Under the pieces are notes generated by a model. The model saw only the letters and a program-made list of their open reading frames with translations, had not been told where the DNA came from and searched no databases. From NCBI GenBank assembly GCA_018676855.1, contig JABHDY010000003.1, forward strand, positions 240,838 to 304,837: a stretch of DNA of 64,000 nt. The letters are read 5' to 3'. The stretch comes from Candidatus Woesearchaeota archaeon. GTDB lineage: Archaea; Nanobdellota; Nanobdellia; Woesearchaeales; GW2011-AR9. The position numbers and the translations under genes were made by a program. Of the stretch, positions 48,022 to 58,348 are shown one piece after another; positions within the stretch are counted from its first letter, which is position 1, and each line of letters starts with the position of its first letter.

Positions 48022-49632
48022 ATGGACCATTTTATACATGATACTGCAAACGTTTCTCCAGAAGCTATCATAGGCAGTAGAACAAAAGTATGGCATTATG
48101 CACAGGTACGTGAAAAAGTCATTATTGGTTCTGATTGTGTTCTGGGAAAAAATGTATATATTGATCATAATGTAAAGATTGGCAATAAAGTTAAGGTACA
48201 AAATAACGTGTCCATATTTAACGAAGCAGAAATTCAAAACGGCGTTTTTATTGGTCCACATGTATGTTTTACAAACGATAAATGTCCACGTAGTATAACG
48301 CCTGAAGGAGAATTGAAATCAACCACGGAATGGACAGCACAAAAAATTACAATTAAACATGGTGCGTCAATTGGCGCAAACGTAACTCTTTTACCAGGCA
48401 TAACAATTGGCAAATGGGCAATGATAGGTGCAGGATCAGTCATTACGAAAGACGTTCCAGATAATGCGTTAGTAGTTGGCAACCCAGGAAAAGTTATAGG
48501 ACATGTTAATGAAGAGGGAAATAAAATACAAGAAACGAACACAAGTATTCCCATAGCAAAACCTATTATTGGAAAAGAAGAAAAGCAAGCTGTCCTCGAT
48601 GTCCTCAATTCTGGCAATATTGTACAGGGAAAGAAAGTACAAGAATTAGAAAATGCGTTTGCACAATTTTGTGGTACCAAATATGCAGTTGCTGTAAGTT
48701 CAGGCACGGCAGCGTTACATGCGTCATTGTACGCTATCGGAATTAAAGAAGGCGACGAAGTCATCACAACACCATTTACGTTTGTTGCAACTGCAAACAG
48801 TATTTTAATGCAAAATGCAATGCCCGTTTTTGTTGACATCGATCCAGAAACGTATAATATTGATCCACATAAAATTAAAGAAAAAATTACCAGTAAAACG
48901 AAAGCTATTATCGCTGTAGATTTATACGGCCAGATACATGATTATACAGAAATTAAAAAAATTGCAAATGAACATAACATAAAAATAATTGAAGATGCGT
49001 GTCAATCGGTCGGAGCAGAACTTAACGGTATGAAAGCAGGTAACTTTGGTGACCTTGCAGTTTTTAGTTTGTACGCAACAAAAAATATGATGGCGGGCGA
49101 GGGCGGTATCATTACAACTAACAATGAAGAGTATGCTACCCGTATTAAACAATTTAGATTTCATGGAAAGAATGATGAAAATAAGTATGAGTATCAAGAT
49201 TTGGGATACAATTATCGTATGACTGACATGCAAGCAGCTATTGCTCTTGAACAATTAAAGAAGATTGACCAATTCACAGAAACACGTATCAGAAATGCAA
49301 CAATCCTTTCAAACGGATTACAAAACATTTCAGGAATTACCGTACCTAAAACTAATGGTAAACACGTTTTTCATCAGTATACCATTAAACTTCACAATTT
49401 TCATATAACGAGAGAACAACTTCAAACGCACTTGAAAGAGAATAATATTGGGAGTAACATTTTTTATCCGTACCCGTTACATGTACAACCAAACTTTAAA
49501 CGGTTCGGGTACCAAGAGGGAGATTTTCCTATTACTGAAAAAGTATGTACACAAGTTTTGAGCCTTCCTGTACATCCTTTAGTAACGGAAGATGATTGTA
49601 CAAGGATTATTGAGGTTATCAAAAATGCGTAG
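48022..49632 (+). CDS. WbpD-like hexapeptide N-acetyltransferase fused to WbpE-like DegT aminotransferase
   Basis: Hexapeptide repeats, KVQNNVS, FTND..PRS; SSGTAALH, EDACQ, SLYATKN. Confidence 0.88.
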   Translation: MDHFIHDTANVSPEAIIGSRTKVWHYAQVREKVIIGSDCVLGKNVYIDHNVKIGNKVKVQNNVSIFNEAEIQNGVFIGPHVCFTNDKCPRSITPEGELKSTTEWTAQKITIKHGASIGANVTLLPGITIGKWAMIGAGSVITKDVPDNALVVGNPGKVIGHVNEEGNKIQETNTSIPIAKPIIGKEEKQAVLDVLNSGNIVQGKKVQELENAFAQFCGTKYAVAVSSGTAALHASLYAIGIKEGDEVITTPFTFVATANSILMQNAMPVFVDIDPETYNIDPHKIKEKITSKTKAIIAVDLYGQIHDYTEIKKIANEHNIKIIEDACQSVGAELNGMKAGNFGDLAVFSLYATKNMMAGEGGIITTNNEEYATRIKQFRFHGKNDENKYEYQDLGYNYRMTDMQAAIALEQLKKIDQFTETRIRNATILSNGLQNISGITVPKTNGKHVFHQYTIKLHNFHITREQLQTHLKENNIGSNIFYPYPLHVQPNFKRFGYQEGDFPITEKVCTQVLSLPVHPLVTEDDCTRIIEVIKNA

Positions 49633-51364
49633 GGTAGGAGTTATTGGAGTGGGTCTAATGGGACGGAACCATGCACGAGTATATGCAGATTTAGAAAATG
49701 TTGAACTGGTTGCAATTTCCGATCCTGATGAAGTAGCCCTTACAAAACAAGCAAACAGGTTTGGATGTACCAAATATACAAATTATCAAGATATGATTGA
49801 AAAGGAAAAGTTAGACATTGTATCTATTGCTGTTCCTACAAGCCTTCATAAACAAGTATCATTCAATGTTATTGCAAAAGGGATCAATGTCCTTTTAGAA
49901 AAACCTATCGCACCAACAATCCAGGAAGCGAAAGACATCATCGAATTTGCAAGGGAAAAGAACGTCAAGTTAATGATTGGACATATTGAACGGTTCAATC
50001 CAGCAATTATTGAATTGAAGAAGCGGTTAGACAATAACGAATTAGGAAAAATTTTTAAAATTGATGTAAGTCGAGTAGGCCCCTATACAAAACGAATGAA
50101 CGATGTTGGTGTTGTTGTTGATTTAGCAGTCCATGATCTTGACATTATCAGGTATATTACGGGATCGGAAGTAATAACCACACATTCCATAACAAAGAAA
50201 CATATTCATGCTGTTCATGAAGATTTGGTTAATGCAATATTAACACTCAAGAATGGAACAATATGTACCCTTAACGTAAACAGGTTAACACCGACACGTA
50301 TACGGAAAATGTACGTTACGGGTGAAAAGGGAATGTTCGTTATTGATTATATTACACAAAACTTTTACTTTTATGAAAATACGCACGGAATTACCTACAC
50401 AGATTTCATACGTGACGTGAGCGAGGGTAGGATGACAAAATTTTTTATTGAAAAGAAAGAACCCCTTAAAGCAGAGATTGAACATTTTGTTGATGTTGTT
50501 AATAATAATAAAATGCCACTTATAACGGGAGATGATGGCTTAAAGGCTATTCAGCTTGCACATCAATTATTATCAAAGGAGGAAGTAAAAATGAAAAACG
50601 TATTAATAGTAGGATTTGGAGAAATTGGAAAATCAATGTATAATGTTATTGATGAAACGAAAAAATTTACACTGTTCAAAAAAGATGTAGAACCATTAGA
50701 ATTGCACCAAGAAATTGACGTCATGCACGTTTGCGTACCCTTCTTTGACAATTTTGTTGATATTGTATCTGAATATATTAATCAATATAAACCAAAACTT
50801 ACAATCATAAATTCAACTGTACAACCAGGAATAACGAACCAAATATTTGCAAAAACGAACGCACTTATTGTTCACTCGCCCGTTAGGGGAAGACACCCAA
50901 ACTTGGAGGGTGGTATTAAACGATTCATCAAGTTTATCGGCCCGACAACGGAAGAAGCTGGTAAACGTGCAAAGGAACATTTTGATGAATGTAACGTAAC
51001 TTCAGAAGTTCTTACTTCTGCCACGAACACTGAGCTTGGAAAATTATTATCAACAACGTATTATGCTGCTAACATTGCGTTTCATCAAGAAATGAACAGA
51101 ATTTGTGGACATTTTGGTGCAGAGTTTACAGAGTCGGTAACACGGTTCAATGAAACGTGTACAATGGACATTGACCATAAAATTCCACGACCAGTAATGT
51201 TTCCTGGCGTCATCGGCGGCCATTGTTTAATGCCTAACATTGAAATATTACGGAAAAATGTTTCTTCAAATTTCTTAAACCAGATAGTTGACAGTAATGA
51301 TAAACGGAAAGAAGAAGTTGAAAAGGAAAAGAAAGATGATACTAAAACGTACACATGTTCATAA
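49625..51364 (+). CDS. WbpB-like Gfo/Idh/MocA oxidoreductase fused to a truncated NDP-sugar dehydrogenase
   Basis: GVGLMGRNH, EKP, GHIERFNP, DLAVHDLD; second domain VGFGEIG, HSPVRG, GGHCL. Confidence 0.82.
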   Translation: MRRVGVIGVGLMGRNHARVYADLENVELVAISDPDEVALTKQANRFGCTKYTNYQDMIEKEKLDIVSIAVPTSLHKQVSFNVIAKGINVLLEKPIAPTIQEAKDIIEFAREKNVKLMIGHIERFNPAIIELKKRLDNNELGKIFKIDVSRVGPYTKRMNDVGVVVDLAVHDLDIIRYITGSEVITTHSITKKHIHAVHEDLVNAILTLKNGTICTLNVNRLTPTRIRKMYVTGEKGMFVIDYITQNFYFYENTHGITYTDFIRDVSEGRMTKFFIEKKEPLKAEIEHFVDVVNNNKMPLITGDDGLKAIQLAHQLLSKEEVKMKNVLIVGFGEIGKSMYNVIDETKKFTLFKKDVEPLELHQEIDVMHVCVPFFDNFVDIVSEYINQYKPKLTIINSTVQPGITNQIFAKTNALIVHSPVRGRHPNLEGGIKRFIKFIGPTTEEAGKRAKEHFDECNVTSEVLTSATNTELGKLLSTTYYAANIAFHQEMNRICGHFGAEFTESVTRFNETCTMDIDHKIPRPVMFPGVIGGHCLMPNIEILRKNVSSNFLNQIVDSNDKRKEEVEKEKKDDTKTYTCS

Positions 51365-53434
51365 CTTTTTCATCTTTGTAAACAAAGCAGTAGGATTATC
51401 TACCAATATTTTTTGTTGCATTTCCTGAGATAACTCATTCACGGGCCACATGGTATACTCTTCAGGCGGATAATATCCTAAATCAGAACCAAACAAGATT
51501 TTATGCGGTATCGTTGCCAAAGCATCTAAAAATACTGTACGAATTTGTTCTTTACTTTGTTCAACAGGTTTTACACTTCTACTATAAGACGCATTAGACA
51601 CTTGACGTTTAACTCTGTCAGGATCAAGTGCTGTTGTATTTAAATAGATATTAGGAAACTCTTTCGCAAGTGCAACCGCTTTCTGCATGTATTCAACGTT
51701 AAGACCGCCAAAATGTGCCAATACGAGTTTCAGGTTTGGATATTGAGTACAAACTTGCCGAATCATGTGTGCAGAAGAATAGTCTGAACCGCTCGCTGAA
51801 CAATGTAACAAGACTGGGATATCGTGCCGAATGGCAAGTTCATAATAGGGAAAATATTTTGGATCATTAAGTGGTGTATGCGATAATGACGGGAATGATT
51901 TCAGTCCCACAACATGATCGTTTTGTGCCAATTTATCAATGGCCCATGGAGCATCAGAATCTTCACGCCACATGTCCATCGTATTGTTAGGATTAAACAA
52001 TAAATAACAGCCAAGGAACTTTTCATCTTGTTGAACCATTGCAACCACATCTTTGTTTTGGCTTGAATCAAACGGAATGGTAAAAAATCGTGTATTGGTA
52101 AAATGTGACTGAGAAAAATAATCTGATGTATGATCCTTAACACCGAACCGTTCAGACGTACCAAAGAACGTATGTGTATCTATTACTAATGAAGGAACAC
52201 TGGTAGTTTCAATAGAACTTTTAGTTTCAGAAACATGTTGTAAATCATCTAATGTTATAATGGTATCTTTAGATAAGTCCAATAATGTTTCATGTTGAAC
52301 AGCAAGTACAGTTATGTCCATAGTATCAAATAACAACGTGTCTTCATAAGGATTACAATATGAACAAAACTCGTTTTCAATCAATTCTTTAGATAAATAG
52401 GGGTCGTATGCATACACGTCAATGTTATACTCTTTCAACTCTTGAATAAGATGTTTCACACGACTGTTTCTATAATCTGGAACGTTAGGTTTGAACGTTA
52501 ACCCCAAAATTAATACTTTTTTTCCACTAGACTTATGTAACCGTTTAATGATTTTTTCTGCATAGAATTTGTGCATATCATCATTGATACGTCTACCAGC
52601 AAGGATAACTTGTGGATGATGGCCCATTTCTTCCGCTTTGTATGTTAAGTAATAGGGATCAACACCAATACAATGACCGCCCACCAAACCCGGCTTATAT
52701 TTATGAAAGTTCCATTTTGTTCCTGCAGCTTCTAATACTGCAGAAACGTTAATATTCATTTTATCAAATATGATAGCTAATTCGTTCATTAATGCAATGT
52801 TAAGATCACGTTGAATATTTTCAATAACCTTTGCCGCTTCTGCAACTTTGATTGACGGTGCAACATACGTTTTAGTAATTTTTCCGTACACTTCATTAAT
52901 CACTTGAGCACTTTCTTTGTCCATACCCGCAACAACTTTAACAATTTTATCTACTGTATGAGTTTTATCGCCAGGGTTCATTCTTTCTGGACTGTACCCA
53001 ACCTTAAACCCGTCACCACAAACCAACCCTGAACTTTTTTCAATAAGGGGAACACAGACATCTTCCGTTACGCCAGGATATACTGTACTTTCGTACACAA
53101 CAATTGTTCCTGGAGAAATGTTTTCGCCAACATGTTGCGATGCAGACATAACGTATGATAAGTCCGGCTTTTTATTTTTATCAATAGGTGTTGGAACACA
53201 TACAATGATAACTTGTGCTTTTTTACAAAATGCTGGTTCTGTTGTAAACTGTATTTTTGCATTGCGTAAATCGTCAGAAGATACTTCGTGCGAAACGTCA
53301 GTATTGTTAATAAGTTGATCAACCCTTGTCTGGTTAACATCAAAACCTATAACAGAAAAATGGTTTGAAAGCATTACTCCCAAAGGTAAACCAACATACC
53401 CTAAACCCACAATTGCAATAGTATTAATTTTCAT
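51359..53434 (-). CDS. UDP-HexNAc 6-dehydrogenase (WbpA/WbpO-like) fused to amidohydrolase-2 domain
   Basis: GLGYVGLP, ESTVYPG, SPER, GGHCIGVDP; C-terminal IDTHT, LH, AHFGG, FGSD. Confidence 0.85.
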   Translation of the reverse strand: MKINTIAIVGLGYVGLPLGVMLSNHFSVIGFDVNQTRVDQLINNTDVSHEVSSDDLRNAKIQFTTEPAFCKKAQVIIVCVPTPIDKNKKPDLSYVMSASQHVGENISPGTIVVYESTVYPGVTEDVCVPLIEKSSGLVCGDGFKVGYSPERMNPGDKTHTVDKIVKVVAGMDKESAQVINEVYGKITKTYVAPSIKVAEAAKVIENIQRDLNIALMNELAIIFDKMNINVSAVLEAAGTKWNFHKYKPGLVGGHCIGVDPYYLTYKAEEMGHHPQVILAGRRINDDMHKFYAEKIIKRLHKSSGKKVLILGLTFKPNVPDYRNSRVKHLIQELKEYNIDVYAYDPYLSKELIENEFCSYCNPYEDTLLFDTMDITVLAVQHETLLDLSKDTIITLDDLQHVSETKSSIETTSVPSLVIDTHTFFGTSERFGVKDHTSDYFSQSHFTNTRFFTIPFDSSQNKDVVAMVQQDEKFLGCYLLFNPNNTMDMWREDSDAPWAIDKLAQNDHVVGLKSFPSLSHTPLNDPKYFPYYELAIRHDIPVLLHCSASGSDYSSAHMIRQVCTQYPNLKLVLAHFGGLNVEYMQKAVALAKEFPNIYLNTTALDPDRVKRQVSNASYSRSVKPVEQSKEQIRTVFLDALATIPHKILFGSDLGYYPPEEYTMWPVNELSQEMQQKILVDNPTALFTKMKKL

Positions 53435-54383
53435 ACTTTATGCCCATATACTCTTTATACCACATAATAAATTCTTTAATTCCCTGTTCAATACCTACCT
53501 TAGGCTCCCAACCAAGAACATCTTGTGTATGTGCAATATCTGCAAAGGTTGTTGGAACATCTCCTTGTTGTAATGGCATCATATTTTTCACGAACGTTTT
53601 TCCTAACTCTTTCTCGATACATTCAATAAAATAATTCAGTTCAACAGTTTTAGGACTGCCTAAATTAAACACATCATTTCCCTTAACGTTATCAAGAGAC
53701 ATGATAATACCTGCAACAATGTCTGTTATGTACGTAAAGCTCCGTTTCATCTTACCCTCATTGTACACATCAATAGGTTGATTGTTAAGAAGTGCTTTGG
53801 TAAATTTGAAAAGTGCCATGTCTGGCCGTCCCCATGGACCATAAACTGTAAAGAACCGTAACCCGTAACAATTAAATCCGTACAAATGGTGGTATGTATA
53901 CGCATACAATTCATTAACCCTTTTTGTTGCTGCATACAAACTAATAGGTTTATCAACCGTGTCTTCAACTGCAAACGGCGTCTTTTCATTGCCTCCATAT
54001 ACTGAAGAAGAGGACGCATAGACAATATCTTTCAAACCGAACTCTTTCATAAGTTCAAGAATGTTTAACGTTCCCAAAACATTAACCTTATTGTAAATGA
54101 ACGGATTTTCAAGTGAATGACGAACACCTGCCTGTGCAGCTAAATGACATATTTTGTCAAATGTATGCATTTGAAACACAGTTTTCATTGCATTATAATC
54201 CCAGATAGATATTTTGTAGAACGTCACACGATTTTTAAATTGTTCCACCCTATCTCTTTTCAATTGTGGGTTGTAATAACTGTTCATGTCATCAATGATA
54301 ACTACTTCATCTCCCCTTTCCAAAAGTGCTTGTACCACATGAGATCCTATAAATCCTGCGCCGCCCGTTACTAAGATTTTCAT
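53424..54383 (-). CDS. UDP-glucuronate 4-epimerase-like SDR
   Basis: TGGAGFIG, HLAAQAGVR, YAATK, RFFTVYGPWGRPDMA. Confidence 0.9.
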   Translation of the reverse strand: MKILVTGGAGFIGSHVVQALLERGDEVVIIDDMNSYYNPQLKRDRVEQFKNRVTFYKISIWDYNAMKTVFQMHTFDKICHLAAQAGVRHSLENPFIYNKVNVLGTLNILELMKEFGLKDIVYASSSSVYGGNEKTPFAVEDTVDKPISLYAATKRVNELYAYTYHHLYGFNCYGLRFFTVYGPWGRPDMALFKFTKALLNNQPIDVYNEGKMKRSFTYITDIVAGIIMSLDNVKGNDVFNLGSPKTVELNYFIECIEKELGKTFVKNMMPLQQGDVPTTFADIAHTQDVLGWEPKVGIEQGIKEFIMWYKEYMGIKYEN

Positions 54384-54487
54384 AGTAAACTCTACAAAAA
54401 TGGGCGTATTTAAAGGTTATGATGTTATGTTTGTTACTACTATTCATCCGTAAAATTTATAAATAAATCAGACACAAAGCCAAAACA

Positions 54488-55126
54488 ATGGCCAATCTTA
54501 ACATTGTCGTGACGTACCCCGATCATAACGGAGATGCAACAAGCAGACAGTTCTATAACGAAATATTAAGAAACGCTCCCGATGTTGCAGTAGTTCCTAT
54601 TCTTAGTGGTTCTGACATTAAACGCTTATTACATATCCAGAACGATACATTAGATAAGGGCCTTCATACAATTGTATCTAACGAAGAAGGAGTATACTGT
54701 AAAACAACTGCAGGATACGAATTTTGTCGTATGGCATTTACAGAGAGGATTGTTGTACGTTTAAATCCAATGGAACATGATCCGCGATACGTTCCACAAT
54801 TAGCAGAAATAGTACAAGAAACGAGAGGAATGGCTCTTGGCGATTTTATATACGAAGTTCCATGTTCTACTGACAGCATTTCAGAATCGTATGAAATGTT
54901 AACAATTTCGTCTGCACAGAGACTTAAAGCTATACATCCAGACGTACTTTTACCAGTATATGTTGAAGCTCGAAAGATTGCTGAACAGGTATTTAATGAT
55001 AATAAAGATGATAAACAGATAGATTTTGATAAAGCAATGATTCTTGCAGCAGTACAACAAAACGTTCCAATAGATGTTTTTCCAATTCCAATACGTGCAG
55101 AACTTGGAAGGAAAAAAGTTGCGTGA
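54488..55126 (+). CDS. Hypothetical protein
   Basis: 212-aa ORF preceded by TTTATAAATA; no confident family. Confidence 0.6.
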   Translation: MANLNIVVTYPDHNGDATSRQFYNEILRNAPDVAVVPILSGSDIKRLLHIQNDTLDKGLHTIVSNEEGVYCKTTAGYEFCRMAFTERIVVRLNPMEHDPRYVPQLAEIVQETRGMALGDFIYEVPCSTDSISESYEMLTISSAQRLKAIHPDVLLPVYVEARKIAEQVFNDNKDDKQIDFDKAMILAAVQQNVPIDVFPIPIRAELGRKKVA

Positions 55127-55132
55127 ATAATA

Positions 55133-56290
55133 TTATGATTGATGCACTTCTAGAATACGTTTTATAAGATTACGTTTTTCATTCATTTGTTTCCAAGATT
55201 CCATTCTTCTTTCTTTTGAAAAATGATAATGATCAGACCCAACATATTCAACTAAAGATGAACCAAGCTCACCCATATTAAAAGGAAATTGTCTGATGAG
55301 CCCCAAATTTTCAGCAAATGTAGCGGAAATATCTTCGTGCATATAATCTGTTGGACAGGGACAAACAACATCATATCCTCCTGTTGCAGATATCTGAAAC
55401 TGTGTAACTCCTCTCATACATCTGCTTACATTTAAATCGACAGCTCTGGAAAGAGTAACCATTTCGTCAGCAGGAAGAAAACTATAAACTTGAACATCAA
55501 TTCTTTTATCAGAAATGTATCTCTCAAATTTTGCAGAAACACTTGCATCTAAGAAAACTATGGGAGGTTCTTCTGTTTGTTGAAGAGTTTCTAAAAGATT
55601 TATAATAAACTCATGAGCCAGATCATACTCCTGGCGTTTAAGCCATCCACCGTTTGATTCAAAGTTTCTCTCATCAAACAAAGAATATCCAATTTGTATA
55701 AATAAAGATTTTCTTCCATTCAAACCAAACTTCCTTCGAACATCATCAACAATATTTGTATCACCAGATTTTAAACTTTTAAAATGTTCTTCTGTTCTCT
55801 TATCTAACGGTTGAGAAAGAACTTCGGTTGTAATCCCCCCATACATTTCTTCCACGTCTGTTGGCATTTCCCATGGAAAGTGGCATGTGAGTGCATAAAG
55901 AGTAGCTTGAGAATATACGTCTTTTTCATGGTCTGTATTTAACTGACCCAAAAATGGAGGTAAACCGCCATCAACAATAACAACTTTTTTATCATTTTCA
56001 ACTGCATGCCGAGGACCAAACGTTCTTGGTCCAAATGAAATCATGGTACTATAATCCACACTATCTAAAACTGGTTTCACTCGTCGATGTGAATCTTCTG
56101 AAGAAGAACCTTTTTCAATTATTATGTCGGGGATAAGACCAAATCGGTTTAATTTCGGAACATATGAAGATTCTGTTACTAATATGGGATTCTCTCCCTG
56201 TTCTTGTAATGCTTTATATGTCCTACTTGCTTTTATTGCTCCACCGTGGCCTCCCACAAAACCAGTAAAAATAAGAATATTATGAGTCAT
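55133..56290 (-). CDS. Hypothetical GT-B-fold-like protein; start reassigned to MTHNIL
   Basis: NILIFTG..GGH N-terminus reminiscent of MurG/GT28; GGTGA SD overlapping the ugd stop. Confidence 0.5.
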   Translation of the reverse strand: MTHNILIFTGFVGGHGGAIKASRTYKALQEQGENPILVTESSYVPKLNRFGLIPDIIIEKGSSSEDSHRRVKPVLDSVDYSTMISFGPRTFGPRHAVENDKKVVIVDGGLPPFLGQLNTDHEKDVYSQATLYALTCHFPWEMPTDVEEMYGGITTEVLSQPLDKRTEEHFKSLKSGDTNIVDDVRRKFGLNGRKSLFIQIGYSLFDERNFESNGGWLKRQEYDLAHEFIINLLETLQQTEEPPIVFLDASVSAKFERYISDKRIDVQVYSFLPADEMVTLSRAVDLNVSRCMRGVTQFQISATGGYDVVCPCPTDYMHEDISATFAENLGLIRQFPFNMGELGSSLVEYVGSDHYHFSKERRMESWKQMNEKRNLIKRILEVHQS

Positions 56291-56303
56291 AGTCTTTCCA
56301 ACA

Positions 56304-57605
56304 TCACCGTCTTCCAATACCAACATATTCAAACCCTTCTTCTTTAACCAATTCAGGTTCATAGATGTTCCTACCGTCAAACACAACTTTATCTTTCATC
56401 TTTTCGCCAAGAGACCTAAAATTAACGTTTCTAAATTCGTCCCATTCAGTTATTAAGAATATTGCAGAACTATCAGAAACACATTCAACAACAGAACTAC
56501 AGTATATAACACTATCACCAAAAACTTTCTGGGCTTCGTCCATTGCAACAGGATCATATACTTTAACAATAGCACCTTCATCCAATAATCCTTTAATCAA
56601 TACAAGAGATGCGGCTTCACGTACATCACTCGTTTTCGGTTTAAACGAAATGCCTAAAATAGAAAAAACGCGACCAGACAAAGAACCAAACCGTGTTACA
56701 ACCTTATCTAACAATAACAATTTCTGTTTCGTATTCACTAAATCAACACTTCGCAATAAGGAGGCATCATATCCACAAGAAGTAGCAGTTGCAACTAACG
56801 CACGAACATCTTTAGGAAAACAACTACCGCCATATCCAATACCCGCATTTAAGAATTTAGGACTTATACGATAATCCATACCCATTGCTTGTGATACAAC
56901 TTTCACATCTGCACCGATAGCGTCACAAATGTTTGCAATTTCGTTAATAAAACTTATTTTTGTTGATAAGAACGAATTGTTTGCATACTTAATCATTTCT
57001 GCAGTTTCCCAAGACGTTTCCAAGACGGGAATGTATGTTCGCACTCTGCCAGTGTACACCTTACGCAGTAACGCAAATGCCGTATCGGTTTTTGCACCTA
57101 CAACTATTTTGTCAGGATGTGTAAAGTCGTGCACGGCAGCACCCTCCTTCAAAAATTCTGGGTTTGAGACAACTTCAACCTGAGACAAAGGATTCTTTGT
57201 ACAAATAATCTCCGAACATTTCTTTGCCGTTCCTGGCGGCACAGTACTTTTGTTGATCAATACTTTATACCCCTGTGCAAATTCAGCAACGGACTCTGCA
57301 ACACTAAAAACGTATGACAAGTCAGCAGAACCGTCACCATTACTTGGCGTGCCAACACAATTAAATATAACGTCGCCGAAGGAAACTCCTTCTTTAACAT
57401 CCATTGTAAACCGGATACGACCTTTATCCATATTTCGTACAATCAACTCTTTAAGACCGGGTTCATAGAAATGTATGGCACCTTCTTGTAATTGAGAAAT
57501 CTTTGCTGAATCGATATCTACACATAAAACTGAATGGCCCAAATTAGCAAGACATGCGCCCGTTACAAGTCCAACGTATCCAGAACCAAATATTGTAATT
57601 TTCAT
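56304..57605 (-). CDS. ugd: UDP-glucose 6-dehydrogenase
   Basis: GSGYVGL, KSTVPPGT, SNPEFLKEG, GYGGSCFPKD, FDGRNI. Confidence 0.92.
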   Translation of the reverse strand: MKITIFGSGYVGLVTGACLANLGHSVLCVDIDSAKISQLQEGAIHFYEPGLKELIVRNMDKGRIRFTMDVKEGVSFGDVIFNCVGTPSNGDGSADLSYVFSVAESVAEFAQGYKVLINKSTVPPGTAKKCSEIICTKNPLSQVEVVSNPEFLKEGAAVHDFTHPDKIVVGAKTDTAFALLRKVYTGRVRTYIPVLETSWETAEMIKYANNSFLSTKISFINEIANICDAIGADVKVVSQAMGMDYRISPKFLNAGIGYGGSCFPKDVRALVATATSCGYDASLLRSVDLVNTKQKLLLLDKVVTRFGSLSGRVFSILGISFKPKTSDVREAASLVLIKGLLDEGAIVKVYDPVAMDEAQKVFGDSVIYCSSVVECVSDSSAIFLITEWDEFRNVNFRSLGEKMKDKVVFDGRNIYEPELVKEEGFEYVGIGRR

Positions 57606-58348
57606 TTTTTATATATAATCCCACACGGAATTTTTCCTGTATCACTTTCAAGAGCTTTCAAAAAAGCGGTTGATTTATCCGACCAATCATACTTTTCATC
57701 TACAATGTATATTTTATCTTTATAATATTCATGATTTTTTCCAAACGTTATGCACGGTTGAATAATGTCAACGAATGCAAAACCGTTATGTTGGACAGCT
57801 TTCTTCATAATGTCCACACAATGAGAAGGGTTTCCTACATAGACACGAGCAATGAACGTCGCACCGGAAGCAAGTGCAACTGCAATAGGATTAAACGAAA
57901 CTTCTATAGAACCACGTGGACTTGACTTACTTTTTGTACCCATTGTTGAAGTGGAAGAATATTGGCCCGTTGTTAAACCAAACACACCATTATTATGTAC
58001 AACGTACGTAATGTTAACATTTCTACGACATGCATGAATGAAATGGTTACCACCTTCACTATATCCATCACCATCACCACCAAACGCAATAACTGTTAAA
58101 TCTTCATTTGCAAGTTTAATTCCTTGTGCAACTGGCAGTGATCTTCCATGCAGTCCAACAAACCCGTTCGTTTTTATCCAATATGGAAGTTTAGCAAAAC
58201 AACCAACGCCAGATACAAGTACAGCATTGTGCGATTCTATGTTCAATTCAGTTAATGTTTTTTTTATGGTTGTAAGAATGGTATAATCTGCACAACCTGG
58301 ACACCAGGTAGGTTTTTCTGTACTGTTATATTCTTCTAATGTTACCAT
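57602..58348 (-). CDS. korB: 2-oxoacid:ferredoxin oxidoreductase beta subunit
   Basis: TWCPGC, SGVGC, HGRSLP, GGDGDG TPP motif, QPC; substrate specificity not determinable. Confidence 0.88.
   Translation of the reverse strand: MVTLEEYNSTEKPTWCPGCADYTILTTIKKTLTELNIESHNAVLVSGVGCFAKLPYWIKTNGFVGLHGRSLPVAQGIKLANEDLTVIAFGGDGDGYSEGGNHFIHACRRNVNITYVVHNNGVFGLTTGQYSSTSTMGTKSKSSPRGSIEVSFNPIAVALASGATFIARVYVGNPSHCVDIMKKAVQHNGFAFVDIIQPCITFGKNHEYYKDKIYIVDEKYDWSDKSTAFLKALESDTGKIPCGIIYKK

Noticed and set aside
47914-48261. N-terminal extension of the DUF354 ORF
   Set aside because: Overlaps the divergent acetyltransferase gene; the family motif begins at MKILID (47913).
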